Shown here: positions 14,301-27,500 of the stretch, in pieces | Layout of the letters: every line of letters begins with the position of its first letter | Position numbering within the stretch: position 1 is the first letter of the stretch | Assembly (NCBI RefSeq): GCF_030684315.1 | Contig: NC_081396.1 | Location: forward strand, 5,456,001 to 5,520,000 | Length of the DNA stretch: 64,000 nucleotides | Origin: Stegostoma tigrinum | Taxonomy: Eukaryota | Direction of reading: 5' to 3' | Translations under genes and position numbers: made by a program | The notes under the pieces: generated by a model | Told to the model about the DNA's origin: nothing | What the model saw: only the letters and a program-made list of their open reading frames with translations | Database searches by the model: none

Positions 14301-14475
14301 TTGTGAATAATTTTCACAGAGGTGAAGAAGCATATTGTATTTCCACTTACTAGTATGCCAGTGAAAAAGGAGTTCCAAATTCAAGAATGTCAACCATGCA
14401 GCGAGGACTGAGGTGAAGAAAAATTTCCTTACTCAGAGATTCTTGTGATGACTTTTAGCTCAGATTGTGGTTGAG
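11395..14475 (+). mobile_element. Degenerate CR1-type LINE (endonuclease plus RT remnants)
   Basis: Fragments FFQYVQENFLDR, KAKDIADVLNGYSSSIF and LQERIDKLAKWAGNSQINFNAEKYEEMHFGR, plus a typical 3' tail. Confidence 0.8.
11399..11630 (+). repeat. About 112-bp tandem repeat, two and a bit copies, at the 5' end of the LINE
   Basis: Repeated cttaaatagcaat(t/c)acttaccttcccaacag...gacctcacttc...gtaaaaaaaga...ttcgaggtaagtg. Confidence 0.8.
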
Positions 14476-14479
14476 GTTA

Positions 14480-15390
14480 TTGATTTGTTCACCAAGCTGG
14501 CTGGTTGTATTCAGAAATTTTTTCACCATACTATATAACATCATCAATGCAGTCTCCGATGAAGTGATGTAGTTCTACTTCGCTTCGTATTTATATGATC
14601 CAGTCTGTTGAGTTAGTTTGTGGCAATTCATCTTCTTTTTTGAAAAGGTTTGAATATTGGGTCTAATTATACTTATTTATTGATAGCGTTATGGGTGGAG
14701 AACCAGGCATCTCGGAATCCCTACACGTGTCTATGGTTGGCTTGAGCTTGGATGATCATGTCATCCCAACTAAATTGCCAGCCTTTGTTGTCTGTGTGGA
14801 CTGAAAAGAGGGAAAGTCCATCACGTCATTTTGCTGCTAACTGGTGTTCATGTATCCTGATGGTCAGTTTCCTTCTGGCCGATGCAATGCTTTGGCAGTC
14901 GTTGCACGGAAGACAGGATAGGAAAGAGAGAGGAAGAAACTCTCAGGGGACTCTGCCATATTTAGCGATCAATATGATGTATACTGCGGAGGCTCGTCTG
15001 CTTCTAAACCGTTGTCAAACTTTATTAAACGTCCCTTCTCTCTTGCTTGGTTCAAAGAACAGGGAGGGATGGAAGGAAACACTGCGGTAATGTAATGTTT
15101 GGGGCTTCAGTGTTTTGTGACACTAGGTCCTCCACGATCTATTTCTCAATTGCGGTGAGCAAGGTGACTTCTCCCAGAAAATATCCCAGTCGCTTCTCAC
15201 CACCACCCGTCTGTTGGATATCCTTGCTCTTGTTGAACACCAGTTTCTTCACGAATCGATATCAGGCAGTGAGTGAGTCGGTTTTTCCCAGAACACACCT
15301 CAGGGTCTTGTTACCGCTATCCCCTGTGGTTGGAGCTGAGAAGCAGGAAGGGAACAGTGACCTTGTTGTGTATTTATTGTAGACCTCCAA
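14480..15390 (-). mobile_element. Penelope-like (GIY-YIG) element fragment with an internal insertion
   Basis: Minus strand reads PCNDCQ..RRKLTIRIHEHQLAAK..SLFSVHTDNKGWQFSWD..AWFSTHNAINK. Confidence 0.6.
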
Positions 15391-15399
15391 ATACTGGAC

Positions 15400-18300
15400 A
15401 GTAAGTAAATGAAAACTTTTGTGAAAAGAGTAAGGAAGTTCACAGGACAAGCAGGGGTGTGATATTTGGCGAATTTAACTGCCCTTGGAAAAGGGTAGAA
15501 TGTGGAACAACGGAAGTCTACAATTTCTGCAATATGTGTAATACAACATTCTGGAAAAGGTCATTTGCAATTCTAACAGAAATTTGTATGGTCCTGGATA
15601 GGCTCTAGGAAATGAAGCAGGCCAGGTGAAGAATATCAGAATGGGGTTGGGGGGATTGTGGAGAAATTGGAAAAAAGGGACACAATATTAGAAGTTTTAA
15701 TCACACGTTGGAAATGGGGAAAAAAAGAAAGTAATACAGATCCCAAGCTGGAAAAACGCAGATTTTAGGGGTTCAATATTTAACCTGGACATAGCTGATT
15801 GACAATGCATTGTGGTTGGTAAGTCTTTGGATGAAAACGTAAGAATTTCAAAAGAGACAAAGTTAGGGTATAAGCTAGCTACATGCCCAAGAGAAATAAA
15901 TGCAGGGTATCCAAAGTTAGAACGAATGACTCACGATTTTGATGAGAAAACAACGAAGTAAAAGGAGAAAAATGATGCATTCGGCAATACTAATAGTAAT
16001 AGAAATTAGGAAGAGCAAAGCAAATGCAAATGATTCCAAGGCTGGAATAGGGGAATCTAAATTGAAGCTTGATGAAAGGATTCCAGCCTGTGCTGAAAAG
16101 TTAATAGTCATTAAAACATTTTTATAAAATTTATGTTGAAGGATAAAGTGTGTCCCATAAAGAACAAGCAGGACAAGTACGACAGGAATACAAAACGTAT
16201 ATTAGAAAATGTATATGTTGTTTGACTGTTTGCCAAATTAGCAAGCAGTGACAATGTCTTAGTTGAAGGTGTGGGTGTTGAGCAACGAGAATCATAATAA
16301 TTGATAAAGAAGCAGTTCTGAAAGGGCTGGCAGCACTACAGATGAGAAGCCGCCAGGCCCCAATGCAATGCATTCCCGATTACTGAGGGACAAAAGTGAC
16401 CAGACGGCGAATTGACTAACCAAAGTTTTCTTGGTCTATCTGCACAGGTTTAGGCGGTGAAACCAGAGGATTGCAAATGTGACATCATTATTTAACCAAG
16501 GGCAAAGGATAACACAGGGGAATTCAACCATCAGCGTAATATGAACATTGGAAAAACACTTTGAGGTCAAAATTCGAAATAATGCAAATAAACAAAGATT
16601 GGAAAATAAATTATTACCAGAGAACCAATATGGCTTCGTCAAGTGTGTCTCAATTATGACAATTTTGACTGAATTATTTGATGAGGTGACACAGCCATGT
16701 GTGAGGGTAGTGTTTGGATGTTGCCTATTTGGATTTTCATGAAACATTTGATGCTGTGCCAAATATCAGTTGGTTAGCAATGTAGGAATGTTTGGGATTG
16801 ATATGTCATTAGAAGCATGGATTAAAATTTGTGTAGAAGATAGGAAACAGAGAAGGGTTATAGATGGGCATTTCTCAATTCGGAAATGAGTTGAAAATAG
16901 TGTTGTACAGTGATCACTGTTGGGACTTGCTTTTCTTGATTTGCATAAACGATTTGGAGATGTATGTAGCGGAAATAAACTTTAAACTTCTAGTTGTTGC
17001 TACAGTAGATAGAATGATGAGTTGTGATGCTGATGTGAAGGACATCAAGCCGTAATTATCTGTTGGCAAAATGGGCAGACACCCAGTAGATGCATTTCAA
17101 TGCAAAGAAATGTGAAGTAATGTATTTTCGTAGAGCAAACAAGACATGTCCCAGCACAGGTGAAACGTTGAGGAGAGTACAGGAGCAGAGGGCCTTCAGG
17201 GTTCACGGACATAATTCTCTGAAGTTGAACAGTCAAATTTTGAACAGTTGTTAAGAAGACATTTAGGATCCTTGAATTTTTCAGTAGAGGAATAACACAT
17301 AAAAGAAAGAAAGTGATGCAACACCTCAACAAACATTGATCGAACCACGTGTAGATTATTGTCTTTCAGTTCTGGGCACCTTATTCAAAGAAGGATGGGG
17401 AAAACCTCGAAAGCGTATAATGGACGTTTATTAGAATGATGCCAAGAATGAGGAACTTTCAATATAAGGAAAGATTAGAAAAATTGCGCTTATTCTGCTT
17501 GGAGCAGAGAAAACTAAGAAATGACCTTATTGGGGAATTAAAAATTGTGACTAATTTTGACGAAGTGTAACAAGATATTCTGGTACAAACAGATGGTATA
17601 TTAGGTCAGACCTTCAAGACTGTCAGCAAGAGACCCAGGAGCGAGATGAGGAAACAATACTTTACTCAGTGAGATGCTAGGATTCGGAATGCACTGCCTG
17701 GGAAAGTGATGGAGGCGGAATGCATTGGAGGTTTTAAAAGAGAACTGAATATACGTTTGAAAGAAAGCATTTAGAAGTCTACGAATGAGATGTTAATGTG
17801 ATAACTTCCCATTGATTTCTATGCTTCTATAAATTAAAGTCTTTTATCTGCATTTGATTCCTATGCAGAGACTTTAATTTATAGAAGTAAACTCTTATCT
17901 ACCTACACATAGGTATGCAGGGACTGCCCTGAACCTTCCTGCCCAGCTAGGAATTCAGGGTAAAGCTTTTGTAACTCCTTATCTTCTCACACATCGGTGT
18001 GCAGACACTGTCTTAAGCTTCCTGACTGAATTAAAATTAGAATCAAACTTTCAAATAGGGTTAGGTGGGGAAAATTTGTAAATGTGTGAAGCCTCTAAAG
18101 CGTGTAACTTCTGTCGCTGACAAAGGGCCAGGGCACTGACTTTGTTCTAGCCAGACACACTGGCAACTTGAAATCAGAATCTGTCCCGGACAACAACACG
18201 AAATCGCCTCCTGCCATTAGCAGCTACTTCACTCGCAATCGATACTATACTGGTCTTTTATGTTCTTGATGCAATACTTGTTTGGTATCCTGTCTTTGTC

Positions 18301-18640
18301 TGCTGTAGTAATTGTTTCATGAATCATGTCTTTTGTAAATTGTGAAATTGTTTTCTGTATCATGTCTTCTGTAAAGTATAAAAAGCAGGGACTATCCGCT
18401 GCTCAGGGAGATTCACTTACGAGACTCTGCACTCTGTGCTGGGTTGAGTACAGTGATTCTCCACAGCTTGTACTTGCTTGGTAATAAAGGGATTTGTGTT
18501 TTTCTAAACAGGTCAGTGTCTTGTTATTGCAGCAAGTCCGTGAGGGTCTCCGAAAACGAACCTGACACGGATATACAGTTGGAGAATGGGATTCGCTGAT
18601 TCGCTCTTTTGGGAGCCAGTTTAAACACAATGGGTTTTAT
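15400..18640 (+). mobile_element. Degenerate CR1-type LINE, interrupted by the solo LTR
   Basis: Fragments LLPENQYGFVK, LTELFDEVT and LFLICINDLE, plus a CR1 3' tail. Confidence 0.75.
17786..18567 (+). mobile_element. Solo LTR (782 bp) inserted into the 3' end of a CR1
   Basis: TG...CA termini, imperfect 4-bp TSD CGAA/CGGA, TATAAAAA at about 18377 and AATAAA at 18483. The CR1 tail resumes directly at 18568. Confidence 0.7.
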
Positions 18641-19277
18641 GGTCATCTCCAGAACAGTTAAAATCATTTTTTCCCATGATTCTCCGTTATTTTAATTTTC
18701 ATTGCGCTGGAGATCTTAACATGAAGCAAGCATCTTGCAATTATAATTCAAATACAATATGTCTCCTTTTGTGATACACTTTCCCGTGTATCTAGTGTGA
18801 ATTTATTCGAAATTTGCACAAAAATAAACTTTTCGATTCTCTGCCTAACACATTTGACAATTGTTTTGTTTCTATTGCACTGACACATCATCTGACTCCG
18901 GTTTTATTGTATGAGACCACATATTTCTTGTTCCAAAGTGCTGAACAGTCATTTCACTATTTTTATGAATATAAGCGGGACCTGCAGGAAAACAGTTATT
19001 TATTAAAACACAAAAAGGAGAACATTGGTTTCAGTGGTGTCAAGTGTAGGACAAATGTCTTTTATTTAAGGGAGCTGAATCCTTTCCTATTCTGTTTTGA
19101 AATATTGACATCATAATGTTTTACTTTATATTTGTGAGAATAGCCACAGTCCGAGGTTTTGTGTCACATCCATGAAGGCAGTATACCTGAAAAGGCAACA
19201 AGGAAACTTAAGTTCTGGGAGTTTGAAACTATGATTTTCTCTGTCGCATTGCAAGTTATGAAAGATTACAAGCACTT

Positions 19278-21569
19278 TCAATTTCTCACTTCTTCCTGTT
19301 TAAAGAAGGCAGCGGGCGTAGCAAAAGGACACATCAGCATCTTTTTGATCTCCTTTCGGAACTTGGTCTGGGAAATTGCGTAGATGAAGACGTTGTTGCA
19401 TGAACTGAGCAACTGAAGCATGTTGGTGAACTCTTGAAGGATGTACCGTGAGTCATTGAAATCCAGGCCAGAAAAGTAGCCTTCACCTGTAATTCGCACA
19501 TACAGAAAATGTCCAAGATAGCTGGCCCAAAGGAGGAGGAAGCTGGTGGAGACTGCGAAGAGCAGGACAATGGACTTTCTGCGATTGGCCATCTCAGTGT
19601 CACCGTGATTGTTGACACCCCGGAGCCTCCTGCGAACTCTGCCTGCTGCTAAGATGTGTCTTACCGTCAAGGTGTTCAAACATAGGATAAGTAAGAATGG
19701 TAGGGAAGGAGTTAGTGCATGGTCCAGCCAGTCATAGAGCTGCCAGATTGGCAGGATGTAAAAGTTTATTCGAATGTCACAAAACCAGTCCACTCCGTTC
19801 ACAGTGTACAAGGGTTCATAAATAAAGTAGAATGGAACGTTCTTAATGCAGCTCAGGGCACAGACTATTTCGATCACCAACGATGCAGTCTTCTTTTTGC
19901 AGTATCTGGACATCACTCTCTGGCAGCAAATGGCTACAAAACGGTCTGTAGTGAAGGCTACTGTCAACCAGACAGAACCATCCCGGCTGCAACGGACCAG
20001 CACAGCACTGAGTCTGCAAGCAAGCGTAGTGGAAAGGAAACTATCCCGAAAGTAAATGCGTCCAAGCCGGTTGAGAACAACAGCAGTAACAGTGACAAAG
20101 AAATCATTCACTGCTATTGCCACTAAGTAGCATGTTATACACCGGGAGAGACCACACCGGCCTTGGGAGAGGATTACAATCGTTATCAAGTTCGCTGTGA
20201 GAGACAAAAACCGAAAGAGACAATGAAGCACATGCCACCAGCTTCTACTTCACCTACTCTGTTGCTGAAATTCCATGATCAGTCACGTTTCCCTTTCAGA
20301 TTCTGGCTCTGCCAAATCCATTGCTAATTGTTTGACATCCAATTTTGGAGTAAATAGTTTTCAGCATACGGAGTCATTGAAAACAATCCCCTTATAAATT
20401 CGCACCCTCATCTCTGGTCATGGAATTAATCCCCACGCCTGGGTATCCAAAACGTTTGCTGCTGATGTTTTGATGCATACCATGTCACATCCAGCCATCA
20501 GCACTATTTTAAGTTTCTCCACATGCAACAGCAATTCAATTTTAACTACTCCAAATTTCCAATTTCTCTACGTCTTCGCCACATCCATCCATGTTATACT
20601 CTCCACATACCTGATGCTGCGCCCGACCTCCAAATCAGTCATTTCTCGATACATATATTTATATGCACATTAGTGGCAGTGAAGTGTTTAACTACTTATG
20701 CCCTAAATATGGGGATTCCCCGTGCCAATTACTCAATCACTCTTCATTTTTTTCTGGTGATCCATGTGATCTAAACATATTTTAAAGCTTTTTTTCATTG
20801 TGTATTGTTTTCACCTAAGTCAACCATACCCTGCCAAAGATTAGGAAAATATGCTGACCCATAACAAAGCGCAAATATAAAAGAAATCTAGGAGCACAAA
20901 TTAGAATGCAAAGTAGATTTTTAAAATCTTGTATTTTCACGCAACTCTTCAGCCTTTTCTGAAATTCAGTGACTGAACAACAGATGCTGAACTGGATGCA
21001 CGTCCCTTGAATGAATAAAAGAAGGCGCCAAACTGAATTACCAATGTTCATTCAGAACTCATCCAACGGTAGATATTGATTTTGTCCTAAAGTGGAATTG
21101 CAGATTACTATGCCAGTAAAATAAAATATACTTCATCTAGCAACCATCTAATGGAATGATTGTTTTGGCTGTTCAATCACGCAAGCACATAATAACTTAC
21201 GTCACTGCATCACAATGAGATTATTCCGTGCAAAACTAATACATTAAACATCCTTCCATTAAATCAGACTAAAATGCAATGTCCTGCAAAACAGCACACC
21301 AATGTCACGTAATCCTATTGGAAATAACTTCTATTTTAACATTAAACAAACTTATATCATAGAATGTGCCCATACAAATTGGCATGTGGTTAAAGTAGCT
21401 TCCACCAGAGGGGGCAGCGTATTCATACAAAAACTGACTTGGTCATGAAGAGGAAGATCTTTGGAGTTAAAAAAAAGTTTCATCAGATCCATTATTTACC
21501 AGGGATCCCAATAATTGCGAGAATGGGATAGCAAATGGCAAAAACCGGGCCATCTGCTGCACCGTGCAT
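19278..21569 (-). CDS. gpr139-like: Intact two-exon class A GPCR, GPR139/GPR142-like shark family, 328 aa. Exon 1 21569-21500, exon 2 20194-19278.
   Basis: Exon 1 is 70 nt (MHGAADGPVFAICYPILAIIGIP-G) with donor GTAAAT. The acceptor tctcacAG at 20195 joins in phase to ANLITIVILSQGRCGLS. 70+917 nt = 329 codons including the stop. Seven hydrophobic segments; VAFTTDRFVAIC (DRY motif), PFLLIL, RRKSIVLLF and SCNNVFIY (NPxxY variant). Family assignment is from recognised motifs, not a search. Confidence 0.92.
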
Positions 21570-24500
21570 TGTCTTTCATAGAGTGAAAGTATTCCCAAAG
21601 CTTCACACTTTACCTCTGAGATGCAAACAGATCATCCCTCATTTATGTGGAGGAAGAAAGTCTAAAGGGACAAATAATCTTCAACATGCATATTCATAAC
21701 AGTTCATCAAACAAACATATTAACTGACTAGTTCGTGCCATTCACTTTTCACGTTGGAAAGATGGATGCTTTTAGTATACCTAAAGGTGAACTCAAGATT
21801 GCCAATGCTGCAGCTCCCACAAACCATTCCTTCACGATTCCAACCCTCTGAGTGACGGATGTTAAATGCTGATCTGCGAACCTATCCCCAACCTTTCGTC
21901 TGCTTTTTCCCATCATTCTCATATTTCCAATTATTGTATGCTTAGAGCTACGGTTTAGAGAGGTCTTTGTTTCATCAACAGGTGTTTACATGTTTAATGT
22001 GTTGATGTTACCTCATGTAGTTAATGAACAGAAATCCGCAATCTTTACCAGAGAGAACATTTGGGTCAGGAGGAATGGGTGATAAATTCTGCTCTAACAA
22101 GCAATGTCCTCCTCCCATAAATGACAAAAAAAAACAAAACTAATGTTTATGCCTTTACCTACAACTTCCATATCCTTGTTCCCCACAAATATATCTTAGC
22201 TCGAGATCTGATCCTACAGTTCCCTAATATGTGTTTTCTGCAGGAACATTCGGTTTGGAAGCAATAGAATGAAGTATCAGCCCGATACACAACGATATTG
22301 AGGGACCGACACTGCTTCCTGACAACTGTTGCCGAGGGGTATGTCAAATATTGACAAAACGTGCCTTGAAATGATGCACAGAGAATTTAAGATATTCACC
22401 AGAAGTGAATGAATCACCAAAGTGCTTCCTAAATGACAGAATCTGAAAGCTCTCAACTGATGGTTTACGAGAAAGGAAATTGAAGAATCTAGCCTCGCAG
22501 TGCTCTGGGAGACTTGACTTTGGAGCTGCACTGAAATACTATAGGGGTTATTGTGTTGGTTTGCACAGAGAAATGCCCAGGAGGACAGTGATGAACTGTA
22601 TGGACAAACAATATTACAACTTTTATATTGCCAATAATTGTGGTGCTTACCATGGGAAAAGATAGCTTTATGCAGCTTCTCTAGTTCTGCGAGCTAAGTT
22701 TTAAACTCTCCAAACATTAGTCAGGTAAAAGAAGTGTGCAGAGGAGTTGGCACGAGGAGGTATTCTGTGAGTGGAGCCTACTGTGCTTCATGTCTCTCAC
22801 TCTAATGAGATCTAAGGTCAATATATGCACTGTTATAAATTGACATTCTTTCAGGATGGAATTTGTGCCCAGACACACATATAATCCAACTTCAGTGTAC
22901 CTGTTCCACGACCTCTGTTCTTATTCAAATGATGCTGAGGAATATTTAAAATCACGCGAAAATAGTAACATGATCTCAGCCAAAAGATTAATCAGAAACA
23001 CCAAACCAGGCAGTTGACCTCAGTCTAATAACTGTTGATTCAGTTGCAATATGAGATGATCGATGTCTATTTACAACCATGTATATGCAATATATGCAAA
23101 CCTTTTTCGATGTATCAACTTCGTCTGTTATTTTTGTTCAAAATGATAGGCTTATTTGGTACTCATATATTCCCAGCTTTTTAATATGCAGATTGCTCAC
23201 CTTAATTACTTTTTTTTTATTATTTCGGGAGAGGTGGGCGCAAATTTCTAGGTCTGTATATGTTGTTTATTCCGAACTGCCTTTGAGAACGTGGTGATGA
23301 GCTGCAGGCTATTGTGTATAAAGTCCCAGCAATCCTGATAGGTAAGGATTTCAGCCTCAAAGACAAAGAAGAGGTTTATGCATTTCTCATTCAAGATGGT
23401 GGTTGAATTGAAGTTGAAGTTGCAGTTCCATGCTTTTGTGAGTTTCAAAAGTGCTATCTAAAGGACCGTAGTGATCTTCTGCGGTGCATTTTATGGATTG
23501 TGTAATATGTTGCTGCTGTGTATCGATTTTGGATGGAGTCATTTGCAAATCATGCCTATCATACTCGTTGCTCTGTACAGATGGCGTCCAGCTTTTTGAC
23601 TGTTACTGGATTTGCATTCATCCAGACGAACCCGAAGCATTGCATCACGCTCTCCTTCCTGCAGATGTGGTATCATGTCTTTAAGGGATAAGTATATTAC
23701 TATGGTGTCCACAGCTTCTATTGGTGATCAGCTTTTCTTCTCTGTTCATTCCTTTCTTGATACCGCAGTATGTACATGGCGAGTCAAATTCAGACTCAGC
23801 CAACAGAAACTCCCAATGTGTCAAATTTGGGGACTCAGCGATTGTAATAAAGATTAATGTCAGATGATGAAGATTAGGTTCTTTGTTTTGCAAATGGCCA
23901 CTGCCTCACTCTGGTACAGCAAGAATATGAACTGACATATAGCAACAACATTGGCATTGACCAGACAACACGCAAATTTTTCCAGCAATCTTCTGTACAC
24001 TGAAAGTAGGACAAATTCAATCCGGTAAACAAATCTCTTCCATGTTCCCTCGATCATCTGTACAGCGATGGAAGGCATTATTGACAGTCCTATTAACCAA
24101 CTCATGGAGTAGGACAAAGGCAAATTCAATCTAGTAAACTAATCTCTTTCGTGCTCTCTCGATCATCTGTATAGTGATAGGAGGCATTTTCGGCAGTGCT
24201 GTCAACCAGCTCATGGAAAAGAATAACCTATTAAATTCTGTGCGATTTACTTTCCGCTGGGATCACCCAGCTTCTACCTTCATTATACCCTTGGTCCAGG
24301 CATGCATAAAAGTACTGTGCTTCAGTTGTGACTCAAAAGGTCTGCTTGACATCAGGTTGACTTTTTCTCGACCATAACGTCAGCAAAACCAGCAAAATCT
24401 GTGAGGGTATCTCCATGATTCAATGGCAAAATAAAATTGATTGCGAGTTTTTGAAGGCCATTCCTCTCAGCGATAGGATATCGCTCGAGAAATCACAAAT

Positions 24501-27500
24501 TCATTCTATAACAAAATATATTCAGTTGCCCTTTCAAGGATCTTCCCTCCAATATATGGTTAAAAGTGTGGATTCTCCTTGATGGTTGTACAGCACTCAA
24601 CACTATTACCAAATCTTCAGTTTCTGAAACAGTCCATTCAGTTTAGCGCAAGACCTGAACACCATTCGTGTTTGAATTGACAATTAAAATAATATGCCTT
24701 CTCCGTCCATCCCAGGCAATGATTATCTCCAGTAAGAGAGAATTTACCTATACCAGGGATCATCTTGGAGAACTCTTCGTGCACTTCATACAGTGAAATA
24801 ATATCTTTACACAAAGAAGGCAGCCTAACTGCTCACAGTACTCCAGAAATCATCTCAACAGTACGTTTTACATTTACAGCACCACGTCACTATTTTTACA
24901 AAGGAAAATAAATGAAAATAAGGGCCAACATTCAGTTGGCCTTCCTGATTACCTGCTGCACCTGTATGCTAGCTTTCTCTCTTTCATGCACAAGTACCAA
25001 GAAATCCCTTTGTGTTGCAACTTTCTTCAGTTTCTTTTATTTCTCAGTTTAAATAATATTCTATTCCTTAGCCCCCTTTTTAAATGAACACGGCAATTTC
25101 CACATTAGACATCATTTGTCAAAGTCTAGCCAATTTATTGAGCCTATCAATAACTGTCGAAACTATATGCATCCCTCCCAAAACTTGTCTATTTTTGTAC
25201 TGTCTACAAATTTGGCTGAAATATGTTCATTTCCTTCCTCTACTTAATGAATATATATTGCACAATGTTGCACTCCCACCAATGAAAACTGTGGAATTCC
25301 ACTGGTTACTCATTGCCAAACTGTGAAAGAATCCTTCATTCCCACTGGTTGCTACCTGCCAATGAGCCAATTTTCTATTTATGCCAATGCGGTATCTTCA
25401 GCACTGTAAGCTCTTGTGACAAATTTTTGTGTGGTACATTTCCGAAAGTAAGTGCAAATGCGACTCATATGCTGGTACCCCTCTATCATCTCAGACTGAG
25501 ACTTTCTTGAAAAACTAATAAATTAGCCAGGCATGGTTTTAATTTATGAACCCATGCAGACTCTGCTTGACTAGATTATGATTTTCCAAATATACAGCCA
25601 TTGCATGCTTAAATGACTTTACTTTTCTGACAATTATCGCTCAGCTGATCGGCCTGAGCTTACTCTTTTTTGTGTCTTCCTGCGCCCCCACCGCCACCCC
25701 AAGGCCCGACCTGCCCCTCCACTTTTTTTTGTGAGGAGAGGTGTCACGACGGATGTTTTCGAATCCTCTGGTACTTTGTTGCTTGTTCACCATTCCAGTT
25801 CATGCCTCTTTTAACACCACTTCTCTACAACATGTAAAAGATAAATATGTCTACTGATGGATAACGTGTGTTTCTACGGTTCAGCAGATTGTAAACGTGA
25901 TTCCTACCCTGTTCATGAGCAATGCCAACATTAATAGCTTTCTAAACTAAGTTCTTTTGCATTGTCCCAAAGCTATGATGAGATTTTAATTCCTGACGTT
26001 CAAGATTAAGCATTGTCTTCGCTAAACGTGTGATCCAGAATATCACTGCCAATGTCCTGGCGTCTTCAGAGAAGGGGCAGCTGAAATATTGAAACAGGCT
26101 TCTCATGTTCGGCCTTACATTTCCCAAATCCACGAAACTATCGAATATGGCTCCTGGCTCAAGATAAACGAGGATGTGATTAGCAGATTTAATCAGTGAA
26201 TGAGTCAAGAGTTAGGGAAAACAGAAAGGAAACAGATCAGAAAACGTAGTCTGGAGCTTTGTGAATCTTAAGAAAACCTTTGGGAATGGGAAGCAGAGGA
26301 GAAAAAAGGGTGAACGGTCCAACTTAGCAGAGACAGTCGAACCATCATTCACTTTTTGAAGATTCTGGAACAGCGATTCTGATGTTCTCAGGGGCATCCA
26401 GTGAAGTGACACGTTGGAAGGATTCTTGTCCCTCTGCATCATAGAAAAGTCACAGTTTAAGATCCACTCCAGTCAAATATACTTTCATTTCTTGAGCAAT
26501 GGTCTCCGCATGTAGAACCTTGTTCTTCTGAAAAACCTCAAACCCACATTCCTGCCTTTTCCCACAACTCTTGACTCACTCACTGATTAAAATCTGCTAA
26601 TCGCATCCTTGTTTATCTTGAATGATTCAGCCGCCACAGGCTTCTGTGATAAGGATTTTCACAGATTCACAAATCTCAGAGAAGAAATTCCTCCTTATCT
26701 CTGTATGACTCTGATTCTGAGATTATGCCATCTGGTCAAACATTGTCCCAGGAGGTGAAATAGCATTGACATACCCCAGACATCAAGCTCTCAAAGAATC
26801 TTGTGTGTTTCAATAAGGAACAGTCTTATGTCGTACTGAGGCCAGTATTTAGAAGAAAATAAATACTGAGAAGCAGAGGAGTATGTGATGTACTTTCTCC
26901 CCTGTATGATAGTCATCTCGATGTAAAACACTCGGTAATTCTGGCAAAGATACTGTGTATTTCACGTTATCTCTGTGACTAATTCTGGTCTTTTTTTAAA
27001 CTGTTCGTACAAGAACAATTAATTCTACTTCTTTGACTGGAGTTCAGACACGGGCCACAAAGGTGATGGAGTTAAAATCTGAACACTCGATCACCAGGCA
27101 AGAATCTTTTCTCAATTATATCTCTTTTGGCCTTTTTCCTTATCTCAAATTAATTTTACTAAAGATAAGTTTGTACTCCAAAAGAATCCAATATTACACA
27201 AAGCAGAGGCCTTCCAGCCTGTTGTGTCTATGTCAGTCAACAAAAATCCATCTACTCTAATCCCAGTTTCCAGCTCTTGATACCTAGCCTTGTGTGCAAT
27301 GTGCTTTGAATTGTTCATCTGAACATTTCTTCAATGTCTTGAGGGTTTCAGCCAGACATAAACAGGTCCTTCAGCAAATTGCAGGAAGCATTGTTGTTCA
27401 CTGGCATATCCAGTCCACATTTTCCTGTTTTGAAGACAGCTCTGAAACTTCCAGTCTCTTTCTTAGAAATGTCTCTCCCTTTCTCTATGATGTGGCTGAG

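Noticed and set aside
19719-20126. 135-aa + strand ORF
   Set aside because: Antisense shadow of the GPCR coding exon.
20195-20231. ORF-track start 'MLHCLFRFLSLT' of the 317-aa GPCR ORF
   Set aside because: This is intron polypyrimidine tract. The real N-terminus is exon 1 at 21500-21569.
24005-24220. About 105-bp direct duplication
   Set aside because: A local tandem duplication inside a decayed LINE, with no sign of function.
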